In this document: positions 63,214 to 64,000 of the stretch, one piece after another
How the letters are laid out: each line of letters begins with the position of its first letter
How positions within the stretch are numbered: the stretch's first letter is position 1
Source: Octopus sinensis
Lineage: Eukaryota
Reading direction: 5' to 3'
Assembly: GCF_006345805.1 (NCBI RefSeq)
Contig: NC_043001.1
Span: forward strand, 19,220,001 to 19,284,000
DNA: 64,000 nt
Made by a program: the position numbers and the translations under genes
The notes under the pieces: generated by a model
Database searches by the model: none
Told to the model about the DNA's origin: nothing
The model's input: only the letters and a program-made list of their open reading frames with translations

Positions 63214-64000
63214 AATACTATAATCATAAATGATTATATATTGAATTTTGAGATACTAGGAGGCACCAACTCAACTCAGTATCAGAGCGAGCTAGAATCC
63301 GCAACTAGTATCACCGAATTCAAATTTGTGAATGAAAACGATTGTGTCAACAGCCCCTTCCCACCCGCGTGTAGCCAAAACAAGATGCTGTGGTCATCTA
63401 CTGAGATAAAATATGGTTATCCGTAATAATGAAGGGTGAAATTAATTAATTTGAATAATTATCATTACACCAAGTAGTCTTCGGCATGTAAAAGCCTCAT
63501 TCGAGGAAAATTTAAGTAATACTAAGCAATAAGGGTTTAGCAACGAATTGCCTTACCACATACCGAATTTAGAAATAGCAGTCAAAGGGTTATACCTACA
63601 ACTTATAAACAAGGGCAAAAGAAAAAAGTTCTAATGCCAAATATGCCGAAAATAGACAAATTGTCAATAACCATATAAGTTAACAATATAAACTCGCATC
63701 TCGAAGTAAGCCGACAGAAATTTCTAAAAAAATCCGTTATTATCGTATCGGTCCCAATTTCAGAGTTAATTCATAAGAATTTTCTCCTTGTCAGCGATAA
63801 ATACGTAAGACATAAATGAAATACTTACTCATACCCATGGAAGAAGCAAGCGCTAAGTCATGAGCAGACCTAAGTACCTCAAATATATCCAAAATAGAAA
63901 ATCTCTGTCGGCTTACTTCGAGACGCGTGTTTATATTGTTAAATTATATGGTTATTGACACAATATGTCTATTTTCGGCATATTTGGCGTTAGAAGTTTT

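Larger units (their letters stand above)
61116..63594 (-). repeat. ~600-bp tandem array (4 units plus ~77 bp), one hammerhead per unit
   Basis: Units start at ~61116, 61716, 62316, 62916 and 63515 and are near-identical. Confidence 0.95.

Noticed and set aside
61116-63594. CRISPR-like or prokaryotic repeat system
   Set aside because: Units are contiguous and near-identical with no unique spacers or cas genes, and the context is eukaryotic.

Overview
Eukaryotic, AT- and microsatellite-rich DNA dense in transposable elements. Its tRNA-derived SINEs and HTGE(K/R)PYHC-type zinc-finger remnant suggest an octopod cephalopod (inference). Most of the window is a direct tandem duplication with a period of about 31-35 kb (copy A ~6593-32763, copy B ~38507->64000). 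Each copy carries a spliced + strand gene that the ORF track misses because the exons have no ATG. Four phase-compatible GT-AG exons encode a Cys-rich chitin-binding-like (CBM14/peritrophin-A-like) ectodomain, a Thr-rich stalk, one transmembrane helix and a tyrosine-motif cytoplasmic tail. Copy B has a canonical ITAM (EESYEVL-x7-YNKL) and a YEEI motif. Every nucleotide difference between the two ectodomain exons changes an amino acid, and the tail exons sit in a much more diverged island. This fits a fast-evolving paired immune or recognition receptor family, but function is inferred. The second theme is a large set of type I hammerhead-ribozyme motifs from Penelope-like elements. These include a ~600-bp tandem array with one intact hammerhead per unit (retrozyme-like) and several fold-back structures. 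The rest is Penelope, R4/Dong, Tx1/L1, CR1, RTE, mariner, Tc1, pogo, MITEs, Helitron-like elements and SINEs. Exon and ribozyme coordinates were read base by base; many transposon boundaries are approximate.
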